Below, piece by piece: positions 27,689 through 37,705 of a DNA stretch of 64,000 nucleotides. Below the pieces are notes generated by a model. It was not told where the DNA came from, did no database searches, and worked only from the letters and a program-made list of their open reading frames with translations. The stretch spans positions 64,001 through 128,000 of IMG/VR virus record IMGVR_UViG_3300030090_007211; one strand, 5' to 3'. The position numbers and the translations under genes were made by a program. This stretch comes from a virus. Position 1 is the first letter of the stretch; every line of letters begins with the position of its first letter.

Positions 27689-27859
27689 GAAGTATCTTCT
27701 TCATATATCAATTGTTATTTTTATAAGTGCAATTATAATTAAAAAGGGTAATATACATAGGGTACCAATAAAAGTACCTGTTAAATACGCCAAAGTCCAA
27801 ATAAGAGACCCAATTTTTTTAATAGTCATATATAAATATAATATAATAAAATTAAAGTG

Positions 27860-28477
27860 TCAATATTGTTTTTTAAACAACGTAATGGGCATTTCAGACG
27901 CTTGTTTATTATCCCACAATTCTTTTCTTTCAGGATGCCATTGTACCAACACTACTTTCTCACCTATTGCCGCCTCTATTGTGTCATCATACGCCCATAA
28001 AATTTTCTCTAATCCCTTACCTAATTCTTTACAATGTTGGTGATGTCTGGAATTGATCATAAATTCATTACCTTCTTTATCATATACCTCATGATATAAA
28101 CTTCGTAAATTATGGGTTTTAGTTTCTCCTTTCACTAACAGACTAGGACAATGATCCCCTTCCACTTTTAAATCTTCTACTACACCCCCTAAGTATATAT
28201 TTACTAATTGCATTCCTCTACATATCCCTAAAATGGGTAACCTCCGCATAAACGCTTGTTCAGTTAATTGTAATTCAAAAGTATCCCTTTTTGGTTTTGT
28301 TCCTACGTCTGCACCCCCACAAAGTAATAATCCACCTTCAATTATATCATCTAATGTAGTAAGAATTTTATAAGAAAAATTATGTTTAACTACCCAATCA
28401 ATATAACTTTGGGTTTTTTCTTTGGAGCTAGCAGGTGCAATACTAATGACATAATTAAATTCATCCAAGTCCCTCAT
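27860..28477 (-). CDS. Peptidase C26 / gamma-glutamyl hydrolase (class I glutamine amidotransferase fold)
   Basis: GGADV..RD.FE..PILGICRGMQL.N..NSRHHQ..VQWHPE. Confidence 0.9.
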   Translation of the reverse strand: MRDLDEFNYVISIAPASSKEKTQSYIDWVVKHNFSYKILTTLDDIIEGGLLLCGGADVGTKPKRDTFELQLTEQAFMRRLPILGICRGMQLVNIYLGGVVEDLKVEGDHCPSLLVKGETKTHNLRSLYHEVYDKEGNEFMINSRHHQHCKELGKGLEKILWAYDDTIEAAIGEKVVLVQWHPERKELWDNKQASEMPITLFKKQY

Positions 28478-28985
28478 AATTTTGTTCCACAGTTATCCAC
28501 GTACCTAAGGCTTTTAATAAAGGAGATTCTGCCCGTAGAATATCTCTAATTACCTCCTTAATTTCACTTTCTATTTCCCACCCAATGTCTGGATTGTCTA
28601 TGGCGTCCCATAATTTCTCTTCTTCTCCTGTAGTAAATAAAGTAACAGTTGCCCCATCTAAATTAACGTAGGCATCTATTTCCCATAATATTTCTTTTAC
28701 ATAAACATCCTGTTCCAGTACATCTGTTAGGGTATAAGTTACATCGGTAATACTAAATTTAAAATCATAACCACCACTACTTGGATAGTCAGCCGTATTA
28801 AACTCTATTCCTTTAAATCTCTCTAGAATTTCTCCCTCTACCTCATATAAATAATCTACTTCTTCGTCAGTTAGGGCGTAGGCAGCAACTAAATTATGTT
28901 TATTAGGTATATATTTGAGACTTTTGGCTTCTCTTCCCAACGCATTTATAACTTTATTAATATATTCCCTACGTTTTTCTTCCAT
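28461..28985 (-). CDS. Hypothetical protein; N-terminus resembles truncated YG..E domain
   Basis: EYINKVINAL..AYALTDEEVDYL; ATATTTAT upstream. Confidence 0.6.
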   Translation of the reverse strand: MEEKRREYINKVINALGREAKSLKYIPNKHNLVAAYALTDEEVDYLYEVEGEILERFKGIEFNTADYPSSGGYDFKFSITDVTYTLTDVLEQDVYVKEILWEIDAYVNLDGATVTLFTTGEEEKLWDAIDNPDIGWEIESEIKEVIRDILRAESPLLKALGTWITVEQNYEGLG

Positions 28986-29013
28986 ATTAATAAATATAAA
29001 GAAATATACTTAC

Positions 29014-29229
29014 TTACCAACCCCTCTTTTTAATATCACGATATAACCATATCAAAGTTCCAATAAATCCACCATAAGCAGCAATCCCTACAGCAATTTT
29101 TAAATACCAAGTAGTCAAATACCCTTCTTTTACCCAACCAGGATATAATATACAAAACATTAAATTTAAGAGAAGTGCAAAGATATCAACTCCACGTAAA
29201 AAAGGTGATTTCTTATTTTTTATACTCAT
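29014..29229 (-). CDS. Two-TM membrane protein
   Basis: Two hydrophobic segments. Confidence 0.6.
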   Translation of the reverse strand: MSIKNKKSPFLRGVDIFALLLNLMFCILYPGWVKEGYLTTWYLKIAVGIAAYGGFIGTLIWLYRDIKKRGW

Positions 29230-29289
29230 ATTTATATTTTTTATATAATATTATTTTATATATATAAATATGAACAAAATATTATTTTG

Positions 29290-29670
29290 TTATAACCACT
29301 TATGTTTTTTAAAATAAAACCACATTCCTGCTGCGGTACCTATAGTTAAAAGAGTAAATATCCAAAATCCATGATGATTACTAAGAAAAGGTACATCATC
29401 AAAGTTCATCCCAAAAATTCCAGTATAAAAAGAAAGGGGTAAAAAGATAGTTGACCAAATAGTTAAAAGGTTTAATCTTTTATTCATTAAATCATTATTA
29501 GATTTCTCAATCATTGCCTCCAATATTAAATGTAATTCTAATAAATCTTTATGGGCTTGTCTGTTATCTATTAATTCTTTTTTTAATTTATAAAATTCTT
29601 TAACATCTATTTCTTTCCCTGCAAATATATCCTCCTCAAACTCAGTTAATTTTTTCTCTAATTTATTCAT
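29290..29670 (-). CDS. Truncated CorA-family cation transporter (membrane module)
   Basis: MNKRLNLLTIWSTIFLPLSFYTGIFGMNF..FKKHKWL. Confidence 0.8.
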   Translation of the reverse strand: MNKLEKKLTEFEEDIFAGKEIDVKEFYKLKKELIDNRQAHKDLLELHLILEAMIEKSNNDLMNKRLNLLTIWSTIFLPLSFYTGIFGMNFDDVPFLSNHHGFWIFTLLTIGTAAGMWFYFKKHKWL

Positions 29671-30649
29671 GAAACATTTCTTTTTTCCACATTCTTATTA
29701 AACAATCTTTATCTAATTGATTATATTTTAAATATTTATCTTTCCATTCTTGTGACATCTCTCCATTATAATTAGGCCAACTTCCATCCAAATACGCTTG
29801 CCATCGGAAACCTTCTCTTGGTTCATATCCATCAATTTCTTCTGCAGTTACCGTTTTATCGCCTAATAAAATTCTTAATAAGTAATTTTCTTTCTCACAA
29901 TAATTTAATAATATTTTTCTTAATATTTTTTTAGTAATAGGGTTATAACCTGCAGGTAAAGTATAATATTGCCAACAGGTTAAATGAAAGGCATAACCAG
30001 AATAATATGCCATCGCTAATTGTTTTTGAAACCAATTATGTTTTTGTTTAATATTATAATGAACTCGGGAAGTATAATCATTATTTTTAATAGAATTTCT
30101 TTTATATCCGTTTATTTTTGCAATAATTTTATTTAAGGTAAGTGCAATACTTTTTTCTGCAATTTGGGCTAAACAAAAAATATTGGTCCAAAACTTTTTA
30201 TTTGTTTTAAATTGGAAAGTTTTAATCCACGCAAACATATCAGGAGTCATATTAAATTTTCTTGATAATTTATAGGGGAGATTTTTACTTAATTCATCCA
30301 ACTCATGTAGATTGTTATTAACATGTAATGCCGCTAATGACATTAATACTTGATCTCGCGAAACATCATCTTCACCATATCTACCAGTGTGTCTCATTGC
30401 TTGATAAAAAGGTTTTTTAAAATGGTGACCAGCAGGTATATATCTATAACATTCTAATATACCTTCTTTCATCAGAGGTTCTTTCCACGTTATATAAGCT
30501 AATGCTGTTCTCCATAAGGCGTCTCCCTCACCTACATTAAGTGCACCTTCTTTTTTTGCCCACTCCCATGCATGTTCGCACATCATTTTACTTTTAGTAT
30601 CAAAATATTTTTTTGACGTTATCCGTTTACCAGATTTAAAACTATTCAT
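29663..30649 (-). CDS. Hypothetical protein
   Basis: 328 aa; GDALW..RH..SRDQ. Confidence 0.7.
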   Translation of the reverse strand: MNSFKSGKRITSKKYFDTKSKMMCEHAWEWAKKEGALNVGEGDALWRTALAYITWKEPLMKEGILECYRYIPAGHHFKKPFYQAMRHTGRYGEDDVSRDQVLMSLAALHVNNNLHELDELSKNLPYKLSRKFNMTPDMFAWIKTFQFKTNKKFWTNIFCLAQIAEKSIALTLNKIIAKINGYKRNSIKNNDYTSRVHYNIKQKHNWFQKQLAMAYYSGYAFHLTCWQYYTLPAGYNPITKKILRKILLNYCEKENYLLRILLGDKTVTAEEIDGYEPREGFRWQAYLDGSWPNYNGEMSQEWKDKYLKYNQLDKDCLIRMWKKEMFHE

Positions 30650-30842
30650 CTTTTTTCCATAAATCTAATGTCCACAAAACTGATTCTATAAAATATAAAA
30701 CACCAACCATTATCATCCCATAATGTGTCCAACTACCTTGATGCCCATAAGTAATATCTTGATATATAGAAGGGATTGCAGACCCCATAATTGAGATACT
30801 GAAGAGTAATTTTACCCATTTATTATCTAAAAACTTTTTCAC
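30642..30842 (-). CDS. Two-TM membrane protein
   Basis: 66 aa hydrophobic. Confidence 0.6.
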   Translation of the reverse strand: MKKFLDNKWVKLLFSISIMGSAIPSIYQDITYGHQGSWTHYGMIMVGVLYFIESVLWTLDLWKKDE

Positions 30843-30856
30843 TATAATAAATAAAT

Positions 30857-31105
30857 TTAATTATATGCGTAAAGTGCTTCTTCATGTACTTCTTTAACGC
30901 CCTCAACCGTTTCAAATCTTTCAGCGTTATATCCTTGCCAGGGTAAACCATATTTAGTTCTACCTAAATTTCTCACACCAACTAACATATAGGCTCTTTG
31001 ATCGAAAGTATTGACAAACGCTTCTCTCACTACGTAAATCTCTCCTTCAATTACTTCTGCACCTGCAGGTAATTGTTTATCATTTATACAAACTACTTTT
31101 TTCAT
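30857..31105 (-). CDS. Conserved hypothetical (VVCIND..EG..Y.V..RF type)
   Basis: Small beta protein motif. Confidence 0.6.
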   Translation of the reverse strand: MKKVVCINDKQLPAGAEVIEGEIYVVREAFVNTFDQRAYMLVGVRNLGRTKYGLPWQGYNAERFETVEGVKEVHEEALYAYN

Positions 31106-31603
31106 CTATTTTTTAGATTTCTTCTTTTTCTTACTAGTTCGTTTATTTAATTGACAATCAGAAATCGTTTCATAAACACAATTTGTGCTATCATATTTCA
31201 AGTTACCACCTTTTTGATCATCATCACATTGATGTTTGAATTTACCATTCTTACATTTTTTACAACACATTGGTGATCTTCCTAATTTAGCTTCGTAAGA
31301 TCCTGGTTTAGGATATCGATTAGGGTCATCAGGATCATATGGATCATATGGATCAGGGTTATCTTCTTCATATGGATCCGGATAATCATCATCGTCTTGT
31401 GATAATACTAACGCTGTTGGTGTAACATATGCCCCCGCACTGGCAGTGCTAGTTCCCCCTCTTGCGATATTGTTAGATGTGGTAGGATTAGAAGGAGGAG
31501 TAGGTGTTTGTTCTTGTAAAGACTCTTTTTTACTCTCTTCTTCTATTACTTGTTGTATAATACGATTTAATTGACTTTCAGTTAATTTTATTGTCCTTCC
31601 CAT
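31106..31603 (-). CDS. Low-complexity/Cys-rich protein with LTESQL..II..VIEE leader
   Basis: MGRTIKLTESQLNRIIQQVIEE; DPY repeats; CCxxC..C..C..C; ATATTTATA at 31620. Confidence 0.7.
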   Translation of the reverse strand: MGRTIKLTESQLNRIIQQVIEEESKKESLQEQTPTPPSNPTTSNNIARGGTSTASAGAYVTPTALVLSQDDDDYPDPYEEDNPDPYDPYDPDDPNRYPKPGSYEAKLGRSPMCCKKCKNGKFKHQCDDDQKGGNLKYDSTNCVYETISDCQLNKRTSKKKKKSKK

Positions 31604-31646
31604 TATATATTATTTAATATATAAATATAGGAAAAATAATAAAAAA

Positions 31647-31874
31647 TTACTCATTAGTAGTTAAACGGCGTATTATTTCTTCGTAATATTTTTGTTTATC
31701 GTCACCAAGTAATATTAAGTCTAATAATTTATCTATTTGTTCTTCTAAAGGTAACCAACCACCAATGTAAATTACTAACCCCTCATGTAGATACCTATCA
31801 TAAGGATCAATCCCAGTTTCTAATATCCAAATATCGTAAGCTTTATGATATACTATTTTATAATCTTTTTTCAT
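31647..31874 (-). CDS. Hypothetical protein
   Basis: 75-aa ORF. Confidence 0.55.
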   Translation of the reverse strand: MKKDYKIVYHKAYDIWILETGIDPYDRYLHEGLVIYIGGWLPLEEQIDKLLDLILLGDDKQKYYEEIIRRLTTNE

Positions 31875-31875
31875 T

Positions 31876-32052
31876 TTAATAATCTAAATCTAAATCAGTG
31901 AGTGGAAACTCATCATCGTTATAAGTTTCTAGTAATTTTTCAATCTCATATTTCCAAGATCGATAAAATTCAATGTCTTCGGCTGAATCCATAACTTCCC
32001 CAGCCATCAATCTTAATACAAACATCCTAATTTCTAAAAATGTGTCTTCCAT
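31876..32052 (-). CDS. 58-aa acidic protein, paralog of 32117..32290 (not in track)
   Basis: IRMFVLRLMAGEVMDSAEDIEFYRSW. Confidence 0.7.
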   Translation of the reverse strand: MEDTFLEIRMFVLRLMAGEVMDSAEDIEFYRSWKYEIEKLLETYNDDEFPLTDLDLDY

Positions 32053-32116
32053 ACTGATAAGTACAGAGGAGAGTAGAGGTAATTAAGTTGATTATGTAAG
32101 AGTTTTGTAATTAATT

Positions 32117-32290
32117 TTAGTCGTCTTTGGGAATATCATCAAAAGGGTTTTCCCCTTCATGATAAAGTAAAAGGTATTCTTCTATCGTAGTTCGCCAATT
32201 CATATAAAATTGTAAATCTTCAGGAGAATCCATTTTATCTCCAGCAATAATACGTAAAACAAACTCCCTTATATTGTTTTCATCACTCAT
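32117..32290 (-). CDS. 57-aa acidic protein, paralog of 31876..32052 (not in track)
   Basis: IREFVLRIIAGDKMDSPEDLQFYMNW. Confidence 0.7.
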   Translation of the reverse strand: MSDENNIREFVLRIIAGDKMDSPEDLQFYMNWRTTIEEYLLLYHEGENPFDDIPKDD

Positions 32291-32350
32291 CTTTAATAAA
32301 TAAGTGAAACAAGGGGAAATAAGTAATAAGAAATGTAAAATAAATGTAAA

Positions 32351-32791
32351 TTAGTCAGGAGTAACTTCAAAATCCTCACCCAATACTAATTCTCCTGATT
32401 GGGCTTCTTTCATAGAAATTTCTTCTCCTTTAAATCTATCGCCCACATCTTTTATTAAATGCTCTCGGATTGCATTAGATTTAGAAAATTTTTCTTTTTT
32501 CATTATCTTATCGTAAATATTCTTTTTATGAGTATCCTCTAATTTTAAAGGAGATGGTTCTTCTCCTTCACATAAAGAAGAATTAATTTCTTCATACTCC
32601 GCACCCTCAAAACTATAGGTAACACTATCGATAGGGTCACCTTCTTCTAAACGTGCCTCTAATGAAGCAAAAGTAATTACGTTTACTTTTATTCTATTAT
32701 TAATTAAATCTACTCTATAGTCACTAATCATACTATATGCTTCACTATGTATAGATTTAAATCTTGTAATAAGGTTTGATATAATTGCCAT
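32351..32791 (-). CDS. Hypothetical protein
   Basis: 146 aa; ATATTTATA at 32805. Confidence 0.6.
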   Translation of the reverse strand: MAIISNLITRFKSIHSEAYSMISDYRVDLINNRIKVNVITFASLEARLEEGDPIDSVTYSFEGAEYEEINSSLCEGEEPSPLKLEDTHKKNIYDKIMKKEKFSKSNAIREHLIKDVGDRFKGEEISMKEAQSGELVLGEDFEVTPD

Positions 32792-32817
32792 AATATTTTT
32801 TTATTATAAATATATTT

Positions 32818-33879
32818 TTATTTCCAATAACTTTCTGTTAAAGTATCTCTTTTAGTCATTGCCCATACAGGAGCACTAGTTTTACCCCCATCACTTCCAT
32901 GAATAACCACAATATCAAAGAAATCTTCTAAAATTTCTTTAGCATCTTGCGCAGTTTCAAAGTTATATCTAGGTGATCCGGGAAAGTTAGCAATAAATAC
33001 CCCATCATCTTTTAGGGCTGTCATCACATCTTGTATAGTTCTTCTCATCATTAAAGGGGATCCTTGTACGTTTAAAACATTACTAGCAAATATGATATCA
33101 TATTCTCTATTCAATGCATTCGGATCATGATGTTCATCATTTACATTACTATGAAAATCATGGGCAGTAACATCTAAACCTAACTCTCTCAAAGCGTAGG
33201 TATGTTTTGCATCTTTACCTGAACCAAAATCTAAAATTTTAACATCTCTATTACCACTATCTTTTATATATTGGAGAACCATTCTAGGGGTAACTGCATT
33301 TGGTCCAACTGCCCCACTACTCCTACTGGATCGATTTGCTTTTTCAATTTCTTCTGGAGAAATTGACTCATAACTCATTTCTAATATTGTTTCTTTCATT
33401 TTACTTTCTATTAAAGGAATTATATTATTTTCCCAATAATTTTTATAACCTATTTTATTAAATTCTATATTGGGAATTTTTAACCATTTTTTACTTCTAG
33501 TTTTAGCATCCTCAACATTAAATCCACCGTAATTATCGTTTACGAATAACCATTTATGATGATATATTTGTGGGGAAGACTTTTGTTTCATATATCTCAT
33601 ACTCCCATCCCCTCGTATAAGAATTGCGTCTCCTACTATAGGTTCATCGGAAGTATCCCAATCTGGGGAAGAAATAAAAGTTACGTTCCCATTTTTTACA
33701 TCATATTTTATGATATCATAAATAAAATCAGAAGGTATCTCACGTTTAGCAAACTCTAAAACGGCATGGGGTAGTTTATCTTCTACAGATTTATGTAGAT
33801 ATATTGTATTACCTACCTGTTTCCCAACACCATATTTAGGTGACCTTTTTATAATACTACCTTTCTCGGTTTTAATCAT
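32818..33879 (-). CDS. SAM methyltransferase resembling the 'DNA phosphorothioation-associated putative methyltransferase' family, domains permuted
   Basis: N-term GKQVGNTIYLHKS..VTFISSPDWDTSDEP..PQIYHHK; C-term ILDFGSGK..YDIIFASNVLNV. Confidence 0.65.
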   Translation of the reverse strand: MIKTEKGSIIKRSPKYGVGKQVGNTIYLHKSVEDKLPHAVLEFAKREIPSDFIYDIIKYDVKNGNVTFISSPDWDTSDEPIVGDAILIRGDGSMRYMKQKSSPQIYHHKWLFVNDNYGGFNVEDAKTRSKKWLKIPNIEFNKIGYKNYWENNIIPLIESKMKETILEMSYESISPEEIEKANRSSRSSGAVGPNAVTPRMVLQYIKDSGNRDVKILDFGSGKDAKHTYALRELGLDVTAHDFHSNVNDEHHDPNALNREYDIIFASNVLNVQGSPLMMRRTIQDVMTALKDDGVFIANFPGSPRYNFETAQDAKEILEDFFDIVVIHGSDGGKTSAPVWAMTKRDTLTESYWK

Positions 33880-34087
33880 TATTTGTTTATTATATAAATA
33901 TATTACTATTTCTTATTACCCCATTTTATAATAAACAAAATATTATATTTTTTTATCCATGATAATTTTTCACCACCTTTAGTAGTATTAATCTTTTCTT
34001 TGATATCACTTTTAAGTTTAAAGTGTTGAGAGAAGGTTTTTAAAAGACTTTTATATAGTTTATTACTATTATGGTGGTCAAATAACA

Positions 34088-34750
34088 TTAGAAGTTAGGT
34101 GCATTAGTATTAAGTTTAGAAAGGATATATTCCATAGCTTCTTCAGGCGAATCTACTAATTTATACATTTCTAAATCTTCTTTACTAATTTTACCCTGAC
34201 TCAACATCGTATTTTTTATCCATTCGAATAATCCACCCCAAAAATTAGAATCCATAAATACTATAGGTACTGATCTCATATGTCCGGTTTGAATTAGGGT
34301 TAAGGTTTCAAATATTTCATCAAATGTACCAAATCCACCCGGAAACGCGACAAATGCTTGGGAATATTTTAAGAAGAATACTTTACGAGTAAAGAAATAT
34401 CTACAACTTACTAATTTATCTACATATTCATTTGCAGAAGATTCGAAGGGTAACTCTATTTGTAACCCTACAGAATTACCATTTAAATTACTCGCCCCTA
34501 AATTAGCGGCTTCCATTATCCCCGGTCCACCACCAGTTATTATACCATATCCGTTTGAAACTATTAACTCTGATAATTTAGTTGCTTTTTGATAAAACTC
34601 ATCATCCGGTTGCGTACGAGCAGATCCAAAGATGGAGATACAGGGACCGATAGTAGTTAATTCATCAAATCCTTTAATAAATTCTCCATGTATACGTAAT
34701 GCTTGCCACGCGTCTGTAGCTTTATCGTGTTTCCATAATTGATTTTTCAT
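34088..34750 (-). CDS. LOG/TIGR00730 family nucleotide phosphoribohydrolase
   Basis: SIFGSAR..TGGGPGIMEAAN..FFTRK..PGGFGTFDE. Confidence 0.92.
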   Translation of the reverse strand: MKNQLWKHDKATDAWQALRIHGEFIKGFDELTTIGPCISIFGSARTQPDDEFYQKATKLSELIVSNGYGIITGGGPGIMEAANLGASNLNGNSVGLQIELPFESSANEYVDKLVSCRYFFTRKVFFLKYSQAFVAFPGGFGTFDEIFETLTLIQTGHMRSVPIVFMDSNFWGGLFEWIKNTMLSQGKISKEDLEMYKLVDSPEEAMEYILSKLNTNAPNF

Positions 34751-34965
34751 AATCCTCCAATTCCTGTTTTAGTGCGTAAATGTGTGTCCATCTCATTATA
34801 TTTTTTTTCTTCCGCTTTTTTCCATTCATAATATGCATGTAAAATATCCGGCATATCTAATTCATAATACATTTTAAATTCGCTATTACCATTGTAGCTC
34901 ATATACTCAGTCTCATAATCTTGTTTCTTCAACCAAGCCCATATTTCCATTTTATTTATTTTCAT
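34747..34965 (-). CDS. Hypothetical protein
   Basis: 72 aa, ATGA-coupled. Confidence 0.55.
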   Translation of the reverse strand: MKINKMEIWAWLKKQDYETEYMSYNGNSEFKMYYELDMPDILHAYYEWKKAEEKKYNEMDTHLRTKTGIGGL

Positions 34966-35099
34966 TTCTTAAATTTTTATTGCCTTTGTTATGGGAAGGA
35001 ATGTAAGGACAATTTCTACATCCTGAACCACAACAAAAACCTCTTTTAATTAAAAACTTTTCTGTTAGTACCATTTTACCATTTTCTAAATAATAATCA

Positions 35100-35468
35100 C
35101 TATTGTTTTTCACATTTCTTTTCTAAATCTACTATCCTCATTAAAACTTCATCATTAATGAAAGTTAAACTATATTTCTCCCCCCATTTTTTCTGCAGAG
35201 CTTTAATAATATTTTCTAATTCATCATATTTTAATCCATGATGCTCAATTAAATAAGTATGTAATCTCCTCATAGGATTATATAATTTAAACATATTACA
35301 AATTCCTTGACCACCATTATATTGGATGGTATGATATCTCTCTTCACCAAAGTTAAACGAGAACCAAGTGTCTGTAACCCCATATACATTAGTAGTAGTA
35401 TGAAAAATAGTTTTTTCATCCACATCTTCAATAATATAATTATAATATTTAGTGTGGTCTTTACCCAT
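35100..35468 (-). CDS. Divergent 'YG..E' family protein
   Basis: KYYNYIIEDVDEKT..LHTYLIEHHGLKYDELENI. Confidence 0.55.
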   Translation of the reverse strand: MGKDHTKYYNYIIEDVDEKTIFHTTTNVYGVTDTWFSFNFGEERYHTIQYNGGQGICNMFKLYNPMRRLHTYLIEHHGLKYDELENIIKALQKKWGEKYSLTFINDEVLMRIVDLEKKCEKQ

Positions 35469-35758
35469 TATTTAATCCAATCGTTGTATGCATGATTATA
35501 TGCGGTAACTATATCAACTTTTGTTGAGTTATTTAAATAATTCTGTGCGGTTACTTCTACTTCTTCCCTTAACCCATATTTATCGGCATCTTGTAATATT
35601 AAATCTACATGGTCGTAGTCTTTACTGGTGGGAGAATTGTTAACTTTACAAAAATGGTAGTAATGGGCGTAATCTTCCATTAATTTACTGGTAGGTGTGG
35701 CATTCCCATATACTCTCTCGTTATGATTCAACCAATCTTTCGCATCTAAAATTTTCAT
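35468..35758 (-). CDS. Hypothetical protein
   Basis: 96 aa; C-term A..YGL..EV...AY..W.K. Confidence 0.6.
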   Translation of the reverse strand: MKILDAKDWLNHNERVYGNATPTSKLMEDYAHYYHFCKVNNSPTSKDYDHVDLILQDADKYGLREEVEVTAQNYLNNSTKVDIVTAYNHAYNDWIK

Positions 35759-36006
35759 TATCTTTTGAATTTAAGATAAATATAAATAATAAATTTTAAA
35801 AAATCTACCCTTTTTTTAACTATCTTCCTTGACCTCTATATTTTTTTGCGTAAAATTTAGATTGTTTGTTGTTAGAAGTACGTTTTTTAGAGTGAATTCC
35901 TTTACGTTTCTTTGGTTTACTTTCGGTTGCTTTTGATCTCATAAGTAGGTTGTTATAAGAATAAATAGATCATTCTTTTAACCTACTTTTAAAAGTTATG
36001 TCTTTT

Positions 36007-36408
36007 TTATGTAAGGATTTTTTTAACTACTTGAGAAACTAGTTTATTATCTGCTTTACCACCATATTCTTTATTAAAATCTCCCATAATTTTTCCCATA
36101 TCTTTCATAGTAGAATAATTATTGGTTACAATGATAGACTGAATGACTTTTTCTATATCACTTTCTGACATTTGAATTGGTAAATATTCATCTAATATTT
36201 TTATTTCCTCTTTGGATTTATCATCATTTACTGTCTCCAAATTCTTTTTAAATTTTTGTAATAACTTAATAACTTCGGTTTCTGTTAATATTGTCGTACC
36301 ATCTTCCAATCTCCCTATTTCTCCCTTAATTACTCTTAATAAATTTAATCTTACTTTATCTCCATTCCGTAAAGATGTCTTTATTTCTTCATTTATTCTC
36401 TCTTTCAT
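36007..36408 (-). CDS. GatB/YqeY domain protein
   Basis: EIKILDEYLP.QMSE..MKDMGKIM..GKAD.KLVSQVVK. Confidence 0.9.
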   Translation of the reverse strand: MKERINEEIKTSLRNGDKVRLNLLRVIKGEIGRLEDGTTILTETEVIKLLQKFKKNLETVNDDKSKEEIKILDEYLPIQMSESDIEKVIQSIIVTNNYSTMKDMGKIMGDFNKEYGGKADNKLVSQVVKKILT

Positions 36409-36413
36409 TGAAC

Positions 36414-36668
36414 CTATTTTTTATATTTCTTTTTTATTTTTTTTATGTCTTTAGTCATTTTCTTTTCCCATAACGTTTCATGGGTATAATATAAAAATAA
36501 TTTTACGATTGTGTCCACTGCACCAATACTTAACGCAATATAAGGATTACCGGTTACTAACCACCCCACTAAAACCGTTACTAAAGTACTTATTACTCTT
36601 GCACTAATCGCTCGTTTAATCCTAGTTATGGTTAAATATTTTTTTATTTTTTCTCTTCTTTGCTTCAT
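36414..36668 (-). CDS. DUF2061-like membrane protein
   Basis: RVISTL.T..GWLVTG..ALSIG.VD..KLFLYY.HE.LW. Confidence 0.75.
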   Translation of the reverse strand: MKQRREKIKKYLTITRIKRAISARVISTLVTVLVGWLVTGNPYIALSIGAVDTIVKLFLYYTHETLWEKKMTKDIKKIKKKYKK

Positions 36669-36767
36669 ATTAACTATTAAAAATAAAGTACAACAATCCC
36701 CACCATAGAAGTTTATAAATAAGAAAATAAAACCAATACTTCTTACTTAACTCCCATAATCTTTTAT

Positions 36768-37091
36768 TTATACTGAGAAACTTTCGCCACACCCACATGT
36801 TCTTACTGCGTTTGGATTTTTAAATTGGAATCCTTTCCCATTTATTCCACCTGAAAAATCTAAGGTGGTATCCATTAAATACAGTAAGCTTCTTACGTCA
36901 CATACTATTTTTATTCCTTTATCTTCAAAAATCTCGTCCCCTTCTTGATGTTTATCATCAAAAGTTAAATCATATGATAAACCAGAGCATCCTCCTGCTT
37001 TTACCGCCACTCTTACAAAATGTGACTCTTTACCCTCCTCTTTTAATAAAGAAAGTATCTTTTTTTCTGCAGTTTCCGTAATAGTAATCAT
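36768..37091 (-). CDS. iscA: A-type Fe-S cluster carrier (IscA/HesB)
   Basis: RVAVKAGGCSGLSY..LDF..GF.F.NPNA..TCGCGESF. Confidence 0.93.
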   Translation of the reverse strand: MITITETAEKKILSLLKEEGKESHFVRVAVKAGGCSGLSYDLTFDDKHQEGDEIFEDKGIKIVCDVRSLLYLMDTTLDFSGGINGKGFQFKNPNAVRTCGCGESFSV

Positions 37092-37104
37092 CTAATGGTG
37101 TTAT

Positions 37105-37359
37105 TTATTTATAAATATCTAGTAATAGAGTATCTACTACGACAATATGAAAAGTGTCTGGTGGGACACAATAAAAATTATCAAAATGCATATGTTCAAT
37201 ATAAACAGTTATTGTATCTTTTATAATCATAGGATGAGTAGTATAAGGAACAGGTTTAATTGTTTTACACCCAATACATACTAATAATAGTAATATTAAT
37301 TTACCTACTTTTATCATGGGCGAATAAATTTCTTTGGGAGGAGGAAATATACCGACCAC
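37105..37359 (-). CDS. Putative lipoprotein
   Basis: LLLVCIGC; start likely internal (MIKVGK). Confidence 0.5.
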   Translation of the reverse strand: MVGIFPPPKEIYSPMIKVGKLILLLLVCIGCKTIKPVPYTTHPMIIKDTITVYIEHMHFDNFYCVPPDTFHIVVVDTLLLDIYK

Positions 37360-37492
37360 CCCAATTAACTAACCCTAATGCGGCATGAATTAAATCCTTT
37401 TCTAACTCGCTGAGCATTACATTTTCTTTAGGATTGGTGTAATACTTTTTAAAGTGACGATCTAACCCATAATATGAATCTGTATTTTTCAT
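37301..37492 (-). CDS. Hypothetical protein
   Basis: 63-aa ORF in operon. Confidence 0.45.
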   Translation of the reverse strand: MKNTDSYYGLDRHFKKYYTNPKENVMLSELEKDLIHAALGLVNWGGRYISSSQRNLFAHDKSR

Positions 37493-37662
37493 AAATGTGC
37501 CAACTCCTTTCGCATATCTAACCTCATCTGTTTACCAAATGATTGATCATTAGGATGATTTCTAAAATTAGAGATTAAAAAATAAAGTAATTTATCTTTT
37601 TGTTCCTCACTTAACCCCTTAATTAGTGTTTTAATATCCTTTTTATACATAACTTCTTTCAT
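37489..37662 (-). CDS. Hypothetical protein (FRNHPNDQSFGKQMR motif)
   Basis: Start likely MKEVMY; PND..(L/F)G..R motif. Confidence 0.55.
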   Translation of the reverse strand: MKEVMYKKDIKTLIKGLSEEQKDKLLYFLISNFRNHPNDQSFGKQMRLDMRKELAHL

Positions 37663-37705
37663 TTTTAGGTAAAGATAGTAAAAAAAAATTAAAAAAACAA
37701 ATATT

